The translations under genes and the position numbers were made by a program. A stretch of 64,000 nt of DNA from an uncultured bacterium (GTDB lineage: Bacteria; Patescibacteriota; Minisyncoccia; Phycocordibacterales; Zambryskibacteraceae): positions 67,388 to 131,387 of the forward strand of contig CAWBLF010000003.1 in assembly GCA_963789635.1 (NCBI GenBank), given 5' to 3'. Below, in pieces: positions 38,317 to 48,381 of the stretch. Numbering within the stretch: the stretch's first letter is position 1; each line of letters starts with the position of its first letter. The notes under the pieces were generated by a model. That model did not search any database. It worked only from the letters and a program-made list of their open reading frames with translations, and was not told the DNA's origin.

Positions 38317-38390
38317 TGCGGGATCGTCTAAAGGTAGGACATATGCCTTTGAAGCATAGTATCTTGGTTCGATTCCAAGTCCCGCAGCCA
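38317..38390 (+). tRNA. tRNA-Gln (anticodon TTG), CCA encoded
   Basis: U1-A72 acceptor TGCGGGA/TCCCGCA, discriminator G73; anticodon stem TATGC/GCATA with loop CTTTGAA; CTTGG-TTCGATT-CCAAG. Confidence 0.8.
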
Positions 38391-38459
38391 ACTTGAGATA
38401 GGTTATTGTGCTCGGGATGCGTCGATAATCTTTCGTAACTATTTTGTTATAATAAAGTT

Positions 38460-39203
38460 ATGAATTCTAGTAAGATAAAAATTGCTGTTATAACTGGATC
38501 AAGTAGTGGAATAGGTAAGGCTATTACTGAGTTATTGATTGAAAATAAGTATAAGGTTTATGGAATTTCTCGTGAAGAAAGTGTGATAAATAATCCAAAT
38601 TTTACTCAAATTAAAGCAGATTTGCTCGACTTAACTTTTTATGAAAAGGTAGCAGATCTTATTAATGAACCCTACATTGATATACTTATTAATAATGCTG
38701 GAATAATAACTAAACAAAAAGGTTTAGAATTCACAGAAGATATTTTTAAGAAAACATTTGGTACTAATTTTAAAGCCTCCATTCTTCTTACTCAAGCTAT
38801 GAAGAATAAATTAAATAATAGCTTAGTGATAAATATCTCTTCTGTATCGGATAGATTGGTTGGTGAAGAGTCTGGTATTTATTGTGCTTCTAAGTCAGCG
38901 TTGAATAAATATTTTGAAACAATCGCACTAGAAGAAAAGACAATAAAATTCGTTAGTATTCTACCTAGTTATGTGGATACACCACTTTTGCATAGATTAG
39001 AGGATGGGAACGATTTTAATTGGAGTGAGGTGATTAAACCTGAACAGATTGCTCTTCTAATAAAAAAGATTGTTGGTGAAGAAATTAAAGTTTCTTCAGG
39101 TGCGAAAATAATTGTTGTAACTGAAGCTTTAAAAGAAGATCTAGAGTATGACGAGGATATATGGGGCTATAATGTTGATTCTCAAGCTTTAACAAAATTA
39201 TAA
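38460..39203 (+). CDS. short-chain dehydrogenase/reductase (SDR), AT-rich gene
   Basis: TGSSSGIG, NNAG, catalytic YCASKSA; GC about 30%, well below neighbouring core genes. Confidence 0.75.
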   Translation: MNSSKIKIAVITGSSSGIGKAITELLIENKYKVYGISREESVINNPNFTQIKADLLDLTFYEKVADLINEPYIDILINNAGIITKQKGLEFTEDIFKKTFGTNFKASILLTQAMKNKLNNSLVINISSVSDRLVGEESGIYCASKSALNKYFETIALEEKTIKFVSILPSYVDTPLLHRLEDGNDFNWSEVIKPEQIALLIKKIVGEEIKVSSGAKIIVVTEALKEDLEYDEDIWGYNVDSQALTKL

Positions 39204-39214
39204 CTTTATTGAAT

Positions 39215-39235
39215 TGCCGAGGCTTAACCTCGGCA
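39215..39235. repeat. 21-bp perfect palindrome TGCCGAGG(C)TTAA(G)CCTCGGCA, copy 1 of 3
   Basis: Same palindrome at 42562-42582 and 47303-47323; here between convergent genes, where it could act as a bidirectional terminator. Confidence 0.6.
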
Positions 39236-39292
39236 AATTGATAGATTAAAGCCCCGTGACATACGGGGCTCTAGGGTGTAGGCATATTGGAA

Positions 39293-39721
39293 CTAATTAT
39301 TCCGGATTTGATCAAGTGGGGGGCGTGAATTATGGATCAGTTCCTCAAGCATTTCCAACTCTTCATTCAGATCGTTTTCATCTTGGATTTCTTCCAATAA
39401 ATCATCGATAATATTACGGTTCGAAGGAAGCGCAGAAAGTGCAAGTTGATTTTCGAGGAAATCCCTTTCTTCGCTGGACAGGGTATTTTCTTCGAAAGCA
39501 AAATCAATCTCAATTTTGCCAGTCTGCTTTGACCCGAAATCAGGACTTTCTGTTCCGTTTGCGAATACAATACAAGCGTGTCCGCCACAATCTTTGCATA
39601 TTTTAAGATATGCTGACTTCCTTATCTTTCCCATATGCAGCCTCGTTTTTGAATGTGATACATAATTTCTGTTTATCAGATTAACACAACAGTTAGATAA
39701 TGTAAATATGGGAAATTCCAC
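39293..39721 (-). CDS. hypothetical protein (acidic C-terminus)
   Basis: ORF only; contains a CxxC pair. Confidence 0.3.
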   Translation of the reverse strand: MEFPIFTLSNCCVNLINRNYVSHSKTRLHMGKIRKSAYLKICKDCGGHACIVFANGTESPDFGSKQTGKIEIDFAFEENTLSSEERDFLENQLALSALPSNRNIIDDLLEEIQDENDLNEELEMLEELIHNSRPPLDQIRNN

Positions 39722-40017
39722 CGATAGAGCGCGAGTAAAACATTATTGTCAAATAACGACGGCAAAATAGTCGCCGTTATGATGGAGATAGTGGTTCGGC
39801 CATAGACGAGTCTGTGGCCATTTTGCCTTTAAAATGAGGCTTATTTCAGCGTTCAAATTTAATACCTGTATTGCGAGCGATTTATAGTGAAAAAATTTTA
39901 GAAATATTAACTAATAACAAAATCCAGTGAGATAATTCAGCTACGTTTGAAAGCGGCTTAAGTAAAGGTGCTGACATTGGAGACTCAAATTATTATTAAT
40001 AACCAAACAAAAATAAT

Positions 40018-40947
40018 ATGAAAACAAAAATCGTAATAATACTGACGCTAATGTTTTGGCTTAGCTTTAGTGGTTTTGTGTATGCGCAAGGTAAAGGGAG
40101 TGGAGGATCTTCAGGAGGGTCTTCCGGTGGTGCTATTCAGGTAGGAGGTAGTGGTCAGGGTCTACAAGGTGGGGCAGTGGTCAACACGACTTCTGTTGTC
40201 ACTCCGTCCAGCGGGACTCAAGACCAAATCCGTCTTCAAGACAGAGATCAGATCAGGGATCCGAGTACCCACGATGGCACTGTCCCAATTCAAGATCGTG
40301 ATATGACCCAAACTAGGGATCGTTTGTATTTAAACAGCACCACTTCTACAACTACCAGTACCACCACAGCTGGTGATCAATTGCAAGATAGAGACAGGAT
40401 ACGCGACAGGGATATGATACACATCAATCCTGAAAGTGTGCCCGTTCCCGCCGGTTCGGTACTGCAGTTGAGACAAATGATACAAACACGCTCCGGTCAG
40501 CTTGATCAAGAAGTGGCGACAAGTACAGCTTCTGAACAAGAAACCATTAAAAATCAAAATCGGGTGAGATTGGCGGTCAATACCATGCTCTCCGCCCAAA
40601 CTCTTTTGGGAGGTATTGGTCTTCAGGTTTCAAATATTGCCAAACAAATAGATAATTCGCTACAAGTCACTGTAAACGCAGAAGATAGGATTCAAAATAG
40701 AAGCGCGCTCGCCAGAATATTTATGGGGGGTGATAGCGCAAACGCTAATGCGATAAAACAAGAAGTCGAACAAAATCAGACACGCATCCAACAGCTAACA
40801 CAGCTTATAAATCAAGCCAACGTTTCGAGTGATGTTAAGACTGTTCTGCAAGCACAGATACAAAATATGACGGCCGAGCAAACGCGTCTGCAGAATTTGG
40901 CAAACCAGCAACTTGGTCAATGGGGCATATTTAGTTGGAGATTCTAA
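40018..40947 (+). CDS. secreted low-complexity repeat protein
   Basis: Signal peptide; Gly/Ser-rich region; repeated QDRDQIRD/RDRIRDRD units; Gln-rich C-terminus. Confidence 0.45.
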   Translation: MKTKIVIILTLMFWLSFSGFVYAQGKGSGGSSGGSSGGAIQVGGSGQGLQGGAVVNTTSVVTPSSGTQDQIRLQDRDQIRDPSTHDGTVPIQDRDMTQTRDRLYLNSTTSTTTSTTTAGDQLQDRDRIRDRDMIHINPESVPVPAGSVLQLRQMIQTRSGQLDQEVATSTASEQETIKNQNRVRLAVNTMLSAQTLLGGIGLQVSNIAKQIDNSLQVTVNAEDRIQNRSALARIFMGGDSANANAIKQEVEQNQTRIQQLTQLINQANVSSDVKTVLQAQIQNMTAEQTRLQNLANQQLGQWGIFSWRF

Positions 40948-40988
40948 AACTAACTACCGAGGAGACTCCTCGGTAGATTAGGGTATGT

Positions 40989-42164
40989 CTAGGGGTTGGT
41001 TGAACTTCCTGTTGTAGGCGTGGAGGAAGAATATTGTCCAGATGTTTGCGTGTCAACGCCACCTTGTTGTTGAGTGTCGTTTTGACTTTGTTGTTGTCCA
41101 CCTTGCCAGTTGCCCATTTTTTGGAAGACTGCCTGACATTCGGCTTGGTGACTCACCACACTGCAGTAGGCATCGCAACTTTGTTGTGAATTACAGCCTC
41201 CCGGGCCAGCAATGTTTTGCTCATTACCATTTTGTTGGCCGTTGTTTTGATTGCCATTTTGTTGATTGCCGTTTTGGTTGCCTCCTTGCCAGTTGCCCAT
41301 TTTTTGGAAGACTGCCTGACATTCGGCTTGGTGACTCACCACACTGCAGTAGGCATCGCAACTTTGTTGTGAATTACAGCCACCAGGACCTTGGAAATTG
41401 TTGTGAATCTGGGCATTTTGCGTCATGGCACTATCAAACCCCATTAATTGCGTAAACACGGTGCATTCTGCGCCGTGACTGGGATCACTGCAATAAGATT
41501 CGCATGCTGAAAATTCGCTACAACCGTTTGGTGTTTTTCCTTGTTGGACCAAGGTGTTAAATTTTTGCAAAACCTCCGGACTGACATTGTCCAAACCTCC
41601 TTGTCCGGTAGGATTTATATTTAAACCGATAGCTTTAAATGTTTGCATGCACGCATCCATATGGGCCGGATTTGAACAATATGTTTGACAAGAGGATTTT
41701 GAGGTGCAGTTGCCAGGCATTTGGCCACCACTTTGTAGATATTTCAAAACTTTTTTACCTTCCGTGAGGTCAGGCGTGGTGAAGCCGTTTTTCTGGGCGA
41801 AATTCAGACAAGTCGAAAGGTTGCTGATGGTAGAGCAATAAGCATCACAAGCGTCGGCAGAATCGCATCCACCCGGGCCGTTGCCGTGTGTCAAGAGCGC
41901 AGCATACTGGCTCGCTGTCGACGCTTCATCGGCTGTTATCATGCCGTGTTCCTTGGCGAAGTTTGCACAGGCAGGAATATTGGCGGCGATATCACAGTAA
42001 GCATGGCACGAAGTCTGATCGGTGCAGTTGCCGAGCGCGGCAACAGGGAAGCTAATGCCGTTTTGATTCCCTGAATTTTGCGCCAATACCCTTTGGGAAG
42101 TAAAAAAACTACTTAAAATCATCGCACAAATAAGCAAAACTTTTATTGTTTTAGTGTTTTTCAT
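40989..42164 (-). CDS. secreted cysteine-rich tandem-repeat protein
   Basis: Signal peptide; at least 6 repeats of an about 45-aa C...C..YC......C module; two near-identical DNA repeat units about 135 nt long around 41100-41400. Confidence 0.5.
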   Translation of the reverse strand: MKNTKTIKVLLICAMILSSFFTSQRVLAQNSGNQNGISFPVAALGNCTDQTSCHAYCDIAANIPACANFAKEHGMITADEASTASQYAALLTHGNGPGGCDSADACDAYCSTISNLSTCLNFAQKNGFTTPDLTEGKKVLKYLQSGGQMPGNCTSKSSCQTYCSNPAHMDACMQTFKAIGLNINPTGQGGLDNVSPEVLQKFNTLVQQGKTPNGCSEFSACESYCSDPSHGAECTVFTQLMGFDSAMTQNAQIHNNFQGPGGCNSQQSCDAYCSVVSHQAECQAVFQKMGNWQGGNQNGNQQNGNQNNGQQNGNEQNIAGPGGCNSQQSCDAYCSVVSHQAECQAVFQKMGNWQGGQQQSQNDTQQQGGVDTQTSGQYSSSTPTTGSSTNP

Positions 42165-42183
42165 TTTTAAGCGAGTTTAGTTT

Positions 42184-42435
42184 TTAAAATGGATTTTTGT
42201 AAACGCTTTGGATTGGATTTACCACAGGATTAACAGACGAAGGTGTGCTTGATCCCGTTTGCGTCGTAGTCGAAGCGACACTCTGTGTCGCTTGGGAGGT
42301 GGTCGCTTCCGCGTTATTAGCCGTGGGAGTCTGCGAGCCGGGTAAAGAATTCATATAAATGACAATACCAACAATTATAACGACAACTACCGCAACGGCG
42401 ATAATTATTTCTTTTTTTGGTGAAGTCTGTTGCAT
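42184..42435 (-). CDS. small membrane-anchored Ser/Thr-rich protein
   Basis: N-terminal TM IIIAVAVVVVIIVGIVIY, Thr/Ser-rich tail. Confidence 0.35.
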   Translation of the reverse strand: MQQTSPKKEIIIAVAVVVVIIVGIVIYMNSLPGSQTPTANNAEATTSQATQSVASTTTQTGSSTPSSVNPVVNPIQSVYKNPF

Positions 42436-42561
42436 ATATTATTACGAATTTATTAAAACTTAACTCTAAGCTTCTAATTATATAATAATAAATTTATTGT
42501 AAACTAACACTCTCTTTTCAACACTATCGTTTTACAATTTTATCAGAATTTGGTTTGATTT

Positions 42562-42582
42562 TGCCGAGGTTAAGCCTCGGCA
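42562..42582. promoter_or_regulatory. 21-bp palindrome copy 2, nested in a larger inverted repeat just upstream of the P-type ATPase promoter (candidate operator)
   Basis: ATCAGAATTT...TGCCGAGGTTAAGCCTCGGCA...AAATTCTGAT; -10-like TACAAT at 42598-42603; ATPase start at 42620. Confidence 0.45.
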
Positions 42583-42619
42583 GAATCTGGAAATGAAAAA
42601 ATTCTGATACAATCTAAGT

Positions 42620-44965
42620 ATGAAGGAAGAAACGCCAATTTACACACTAAACGGACTAAACGAAACGGAAGTCGCAGGATTGCGAGCCAAATACGGGTAC
42701 AACGAACTGCCGGCTCCACATGAAAACGCATTACTTTCGTATCTGAAAAATTTTTGGGGGCCGTTGCCGTGGCTCATGGAGCTTTTGGTTTTTTTAAGCT
42801 TTTTTTCAGGTCAGCGAATAGAAGGAGGGGTAATCGCCTTGTTACTTTTTTTAAATAGTCTGGTGAGCAGTATGCAGAGAAGAACCTCCGATGCTGCGCT
42901 TGCGACGTTGGTAAAAAATCTGAGTGTCTCCGCCAGAGTAAAAAGAAATGGAAATTGGCAAAGTATACAGACTAGGGAGCTTCTACCCGGGGATATCATA
43001 AGAGTGAGGACAGGAGACATAGTCCCGGCTGACGCCAAGATCGTGGAGGGAAATATTAGCGTGGATGTATCAAGTCTGACCGGGGAATCACTTCCAAAGG
43101 ACGTAGCCTCCGGTGACGACATTTTTTCTGGGAGTGTGGTAAGGCGTGGAGAAGCCACTGCTCAAGTGACTTCCATCGGAATTTCTACAGCATATGGCAA
43201 GACGGCGGAACTACTGGAAACATCACATCCGCCGACTCATATGGAAAAGATTATATTCAGCATCATCAAGTATTTATTTTTCCTGAATCTTTTTTTGGCA
43301 TTTGTAATCATCGTATTCGGCATTGCTGTGCACGCAGAAGAAACAGAGATAATTAATTTTGTCATAGTGTTACTCTTGACCTCGGTGCCGGTAGCTTTTC
43401 CGACAATGTTTGCTGTCGCCCAAAGTTATGGAGCACTTGACCTTGCCAAAAGTAAGGACAAAGGGGTTCTGGTTCACAGACTTGCGGCTGTTCAGGAATT
43501 TGCCATGGTGGATGTGCTTTGCAGTGATAAGACAGGAACACTGACAAAAAATGAATTGAAGGTTGTCAGCGTTCAATCCTATGGAACTTTTGAACAAGAT
43601 GATGTGTTGTCCTTTGCGATGGTGGCAAGCGACGAAGCTGACAAGGATTCCATAGATGAAGCAATTTTCGAAGAAGCCAAAAGTAGAAACATCACGTCGC
43701 CAGCGAAGAAAAATTTCAAACCGTTTGATCCGATAACAAAAAGAACGGAGGCGGATATGGTTTCCAAAAATGGCGAAAATGTTCACATCCTTATGGGTTT
43801 GCCTGAATTGTTGCTTAATTCCGAAATACCAAATCATGATGATATTAAAAATGATGTTTTGAAATTGAGCGAAAAGGGTTTGAGGGTGGTGGCCGTGGTG
43901 ATAGAAGATGGAGCTCTTGGCACGCAGTGCGCCGGAATCATCGCTTTGGCGGACCCGATACGAGATGACGCTTCGGAGATGCTCCAAGAGCTCAAGGAAC
44001 TTGGCATCAGAGTGGTAATGATAACTGGCGATGGGCTTGCCACAGCGCGAACAGTAGCGTCAGAACTCGGTCTTTCCGGTAAGGTAATCACCGCGTCTGA
44101 ATTGAAAAATAATCCGGAAGAGGCGGTGGAAGCTTCGGTTTTTGCCGAGGCATATCCGGAAGACAAACTGACTATTATCAGAGCTTTTCAGCGCACTGGG
44201 CACACAGTGGCAATGACGGGTGATGGGGTCAATGATGCGCCGGCACTGAGACAGGCCGAAGTGGGGATAGCGGTTTTGGGAGCCACAGATGTGGCAAAAC
44301 AGTCTGCAAGCTTTATTCTGACAAGCTCGGGGCTTGAGGGAGTGGTACGAGCCGTAAAAGTCAGTCGTAGCGTGTATGCCAGACTGAGAACTTGGGCGCT
44401 CAATAAGATATTGAAATCATTTGAAGTATCCTTTTTTACAACGATTATATTTTTTATTACAAAATCATACATATTGACTCCACTTCTTGCGGTGCTACTC
44501 ATTTTTGCAAATGATTTTGTTACCATATCCATAGCAACCGATAACACAAAGCCGGTGGATTATCCCGGACACTGGCATATCGGAAGTTTTATTCTGGGTG
44601 TGGCGGTTTTGTCGATAGCTCCACTACTTATTTTGTGGCCGACGTACTTCTTTACTCAATGGCAAGGATTTTCACTTGATGTCACACGAACCGCGGTGTA
44701 CCTGGCTTTAATCGTATACGGCAAGGCCAATTTGTACGGACTTCGTGCGTGGCCACACGCTTGGAATGTGCGTCCAAGCCGCACACTGGTATTGGCAACA
44801 TCTTTTTCTGTTATTTTTGCCGCTACTATATCCGGTTTTGGTGTTTTGATTGCGCCAGTGCCGATGATGTATATATTGCTAGTTTTGGCCGCGGGAATCG
44901 TCAATTTCTTTTTTATCGATTTCATCAAGCATACTCGTTTATTGAAAAAACTTTTGGCGTATTAG
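42620..44965 (+). CDS. P-type ATPase, P3-type (H+/Mg2+-transporting-like)
   Basis: DKTGTLT phosphorylation site, TGDGVNDAPAL hinge, KYGYNEL N-terminal signature, 8 to 10 TM. Confidence 0.85.
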   Translation: MKEETPIYTLNGLNETEVAGLRAKYGYNELPAPHENALLSYLKNFWGPLPWLMELLVFLSFFSGQRIEGGVIALLLFLNSLVSSMQRRTSDAALATLVKNLSVSARVKRNGNWQSIQTRELLPGDIIRVRTGDIVPADAKIVEGNISVDVSSLTGESLPKDVASGDDIFSGSVVRRGEATAQVTSIGISTAYGKTAELLETSHPPTHMEKIIFSIIKYLFFLNLFLAFVIIVFGIAVHAEETEIINFVIVLLLTSVPVAFPTMFAVAQSYGALDLAKSKDKGVLVHRLAAVQEFAMVDVLCSDKTGTLTKNELKVVSVQSYGTFEQDDVLSFAMVASDEADKDSIDEAIFEEAKSRNITSPAKKNFKPFDPITKRTEADMVSKNGENVHILMGLPELLLNSEIPNHDDIKNDVLKLSEKGLRVVAVVIEDGALGTQCAGIIALADPIRDDASEMLQELKELGIRVVMITGDGLATARTVASELGLSGKVITASELKNNPEEAVEASVFAEAYPEDKLTIIRAFQRTGHTVAMTGDGVNDAPALRQAEVGIAVLGATDVAKQSASFILTSSGLEGVVRAVKVSRSVYARLRTWALNKILKSFEVSFFTTIIFFITKSYILTPLLAVLLIFANDFVTISIATDNTKPVDYPGHWHIGSFILGVAVLSIAPLLILWPTYFFTQWQGFSLDVTRTAVYLALIVYGKANLYGLRAWPHAWNVRPSRTLVLATSFSVIFAATISGFGVLIAPVPMMYILLVLAAGIVNFFFIDFIKHTRLLKKLLAY

Positions 44966-45017
44966 GTTTTTGTTTGGCCCAGATAAGGCTAGTTGGACTT
45001 TGTGATACGATTTACAG

Positions 45018-45422
45018 ATGAAACAAAATATAATTGTAAGGATTCAAGAGCTCAATCTGCCTGAAGGGCAATATATGGTTTGTGGAAGCGCTATCCTTGA
45101 ATTATTTGGAATCCGAAATGCAGAGGACATAGACCTCCTTGTTTCTCCGGAACTTTTTGCGGAGCTTGAGTCAATTCGTGGATGGATTCGCAATCCAAAG
45201 TATCCGACTGGGATAGATTCACTTGACCAGAAGGCAGGAGCAAAGCAGAGTCTTGATTTTATGAAGGAGAACTATAATTTAGAAGAGTTGCTTCCCAATG
45301 CATATTTACATGATGGAATTCATTTTATGAGTCTTGAAATGTTAATGGAAGCAAAAATTCAACTTGGTCGCGAAAAAGATCTTCAAGATATTAAACTCAT
45401 TGCCGAGTATCTTTCTATATAA
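45018..45422 (+). CDS. nucleotidyltransferase-fold protein (minimal NTase-like)
   Basis: GS...x(n)...EDIDLLV pattern typical of the Pol-beta-like NTase fold; 134 aa. Confidence 0.4.
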   Translation: MKQNIIVRIQELNLPEGQYMVCGSAILELFGIRNAEDIDLLVSPELFAELESIRGWIRNPKYPTGIDSLDQKAGAKQSLDFMKENYNLEELLPNAYLHDGIHFMSLEMLMEAKIQLGREKDLQDIKLIAEYLSI

Positions 45423-45431
45423 TTCACAAAT

Positions 45432-45944
45432 ATGACGGGAGAAATAAACACAAACTCAAATACTCGGGAAAAAAGAATTGATTTATTTTTTCGTGTGGGC
45501 ATTTTTCTCAAAGGATTGTTTTCTTTGACCGAAGTGACTGCCGGAATATTGGCGTTTTTCATACCAGCTTCCAGCGTGACCACAATTATCATCAATTTGG
45601 CGCAAGGGGAGTTGTCCGAGGACCCAGGCGACTTTATCGCTTCGCATATTATTCCGTTTGCCCATCAGATTTCAATCGCTAGCGGAGTTTTTATTGCTTT
45701 TTATCTACTGAGCCGAGGCTTCATAAAACTTTTTTTGGTTTTTGCTCTTTTAAAAAATCAGCTTTGGGCTTATCCGAGTTCGCTCGTTGTTTTGTTTTTG
45801 TTCGTTTTGTATCAGCTTAGTCAGATAATTCAGACTTTTTCACTGTTACTTATTATTCTTACTGTTTTTGATTTTGTCGTTATGTGGCTTATATGGGCGG
45901 AATACAAAATAGTGAAAGAACATTTGAAAGCTCGACAATTGTAA
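45432..45944 (+). CDS. multi-TM membrane protein (DUF2127-like)
   Basis: 170 aa; 4 predicted TM helices. Confidence 0.35.
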   Translation: MTGEINTNSNTREKRIDLFFRVGIFLKGLFSLTEVTAGILAFFIPASSVTTIIINLAQGELSEDPGDFIASHIIPFAHQISIASGVFIAFYLLSRGFIKLFLVFALLKNQLWAYPSSLVVLFLFVLYQLSQIIQTFSLLLIILTVFDFVVMWLIWAEYKIVKEHLKARQL

Positions 45945-45979
45945 TTTGTGATTTAAAGTGTTTTGTAAATCCCAGTTAT

Positions 45980-47248
45980 TCAACCGTTGATAATGACTTT
46001 GGAAATGCCGTAGATACTCCTAATGGTGTAGTGCGAATTGAAACTAATGTCTTTACCATTTGCTATATATGGATCGCGCATTAAATAGTTGCCCCTACTA
46101 CCGCTCGTGAGGACGACAAAGTGCGTACCACCGTAGGCATGCAAACCTACCACTACAGGGTTGCCCGATTGCAAGGTGGCGTCTATCTTGGCGGTTTTTC
46201 GTGTCGCTGATATTCCGTCAACATAAATGGTGAACATAAGATACGCTGGATAATAAACGGCAAAGTTGTTCGGGTTTGAGTTTATAGTAACCGGAGTGAC
46301 ATCACGATAACCATAATGCGTCATTACCATAGCCATAGCGGTAACGAGACAGCCGTCACTGGCGAGATGGTAGCTGGTGCCATTTAAAGGGTCGTTGCCC
46401 CAAGCCGAGTCGCGTTGGTTGTAGTAACAGCCCCACGCGTCGCAACTGGTCTGGTTTGTGAGTAGTTTGGACCCGCCAGCGCTTTGGGTGAAAGTGGAGA
46501 AACTATTTAGTTCGGCTTTTGCTTGTACTATCAAATTTTGGTAAACAGATTCCTGCGCCTTCGTCTCTACCAATAATTGATTTTCCGACTGTTTCGTTTG
46601 ATTGAGAGAGATTTGTTGGGAGGTGAGCAATTTTTTCTGAGCAGTCAGATTGTCCTGCTGTTGTTTGGATGAAGCTTGTGATGAAGTAAGTTTGCTTTTT
46701 TGAGTTTTTAGTATTTGAGTACTGTTCCTTATAGAGTTTAGGATTTGCGTAATTGAATTGACGTCGTTCCATGCGTCATAGACATTGTCTGTTGAAAATA
46801 TCTGCAACAACATGGGTTGGGAGTCAATTTCCTGCAAACTTCTGATGCTGGAGGAAAGCGCCAAATTATTGGTAGAGATCGTCTGTTGTGTGTCCGCGAT
46901 GCCGGTGCCCAATTGTTCAATCTGCAACTGGGTGGCATTGATTTGGTGTTGGGTCAAAGCGATTTGGGCTTTCACTTTGTTTATTTGCAAATTGAGCGAG
47001 TTTATAGCGTCTTGTAGAGTTTTTTTATTATTGCCGATTTTTTGGAGTTCGACCTGATACTGCGCGATTTGCAGGTTGATAGCATTTATCTGCTGATTTT
47101 GGGCATCAATTTGGCTTTGCAAGTTGCTTGGGGTTGTCGCTGTCGTAGTAGTCAAAGCTAGGACGATGGATTCGTCCGGCAAAGATGTGGCAAAAAGAAA
47201 TATGGCAACAAAAAAAGATACTCCAAATATTTTGAAAAATATTTTCAC
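45980..47248 (-). CDS. secreted coiled-coil protein with C-terminal papain-like (NlpC/P60- or C39-like) cysteine peptidase domain
   Basis: Signal peptide, long Gln-rich coiled coil, then Cys (ASDGCLVTAMAM) ... His (GGTHFVVLT) catalytic-dyad-like arrangement; CwlO-like architecture. Confidence 0.5.
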   Translation of the reverse strand: MKIFFKIFGVSFFVAIFLFATSLPDESIVLALTTTTATTPSNLQSQIDAQNQQINAINLQIAQYQVELQKIGNNKKTLQDAINSLNLQINKVKAQIALTQHQINATQLQIEQLGTGIADTQQTISTNNLALSSSIRSLQEIDSQPMLLQIFSTDNVYDAWNDVNSITQILNSIRNSTQILKTQKSKLTSSQASSKQQQDNLTAQKKLLTSQQISLNQTKQSENQLLVETKAQESVYQNLIVQAKAELNSFSTFTQSAGGSKLLTNQTSCDAWGCYYNQRDSAWGNDPLNGTSYHLASDGCLVTAMAMVMTHYGYRDVTPVTINSNPNNFAVYYPAYLMFTIYVDGISATRKTAKIDATLQSGNPVVVGLHAYGGTHFVVLTSGSRGNYLMRDPYIANGKDISFNSHYTIRSIYGISKVIING

Positions 47249-47302
47249 ATAGCTATTCTATCAGCATATCAGAAAGCATGAAACTCTTTGGTTATAAAAA
47301 TC

Positions 47303-47323
47303 TGCCGAGGTTAAGCCTCGGCA
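47303..47323. repeat. 21-bp palindrome copy 3 (upstream region of nadK)
   Basis: TGCCGAGGTTAAGCCTCGGCA followed by TTGACATATATTAT. Confidence 0.5.
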
Positions 47324-47509
47324 GAGGGAAGGCAGATTGACATATATTATGAATAGTTGTTTATTTTGCTTAGATGGCATGGCATACAGACTTTGATTTT
47401 ATACAGAGGTTTTTACTTACCGGACAAAATGTCGTTTACTAGCTCTTGCGTTTGATATCATTGTTTTAACCCGTACAATACGATAGACTTTCTCTTTACC
47501 GATAATCAA

Positions 47510-48361
47510 ATGTCATCTAAATTGAACAAAATAAAAAAAATAAGTTTTTATTACCGAGAGAATAACGAAGAGGCAAGAGAGTGGCGGACAAAAATTGAAT
47601 CTTGGCTGAAAGATAATCAGACACAAGTCGAGGTAGTGGAAAAATCACCAGATACCGTAATCGTCCTTGGTGGAGATGGGACCATAATGGAAGCTTCAAG
47701 AAAATTTGCAAATGAAGACATTGTTATTTTTGGTATAAATTTGGGTCAGCTTGGATTTTTGTCATCAGTCAATAATCCGGAGGATTTTTCGATGATGCTC
47801 GGCAAGTTTTTTAACGGGGAATACACAGAAAATCCAGGAATGATTGTCCAAGCCAGAGTGATCAGGGACAAAAAGGAGATTTATGTTACAGACGCGTTCA
47901 ATGAAATTGTGGTTCAAAATCCTTTGGGTATCGTTGAAATAAATGTGGTGGTAAGAGACGAGGTGGTGGAGTCGATACAAGGCAGTGGTATTTTGGTGGC
48001 AACCCCGCTCGGTTCAACTGCATACAATCTTTCCGCGCACGGTCCGGTCGTGGCGCCCGGCATCGACTGCATTGTGGTGACGGAACTGTTTGACCACGAT
48101 ATCCCTACACCAAGCTTGGTGTTGTCTTCCGGAGAAACCATAAAATTAATTATTGAAAAATTTCGTGAACATAAACTTTTAAAAATCGGAGTTACAGGCG
48201 AACCCCTAGACGTATTACTGATAGCGGATGGCAGGTCTCCGTTTGTGTTGAAACAAAAAGACGAAATACGCATAGCCAGAGCGGACAGCAAGTTTAAATT
48301 GGTGTCTTTTGAACCAAATCAATTTTTCAAAAACTTTCGTTCAAGATTTGATTTCAAATAA
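47510..48361 (+). CDS. nadK: NAD+ kinase
   Basis: GGDGT motif (VIVLGGDGTIMEAS), NE/D short motif, NadK length. Confidence 0.85.
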   Translation: MSSKLNKIKKISFYYRENNEEAREWRTKIESWLKDNQTQVEVVEKSPDTVIVLGGDGTIMEASRKFANEDIVIFGINLGQLGFLSSVNNPEDFSMMLGKFFNGEYTENPGMIVQARVIRDKKEIYVTDAFNEIVVQNPLGIVEINVVVRDEVVESIQGSGILVATPLGSTAYNLSAHGPVVAPGIDCIVVTELFDHDIPTPSLVLSSGETIKLIIEKFREHKLLKIGVTGEPLDVLLIADGRSPFVLKQKDEIRIARADSKFKLVSFEPNQFFKNFRSRFDFK

Positions 48362-48381
48362 ATTTCGATGCTTGTGATAAA

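Noticed and set aside
43370-44547. Several 100 to 200-aa ORFs on the minus strand inside the P-type ATPase gene
   Set aside because: They are antisense to a strongly supported ATPase coding sequence and show no domain signals.
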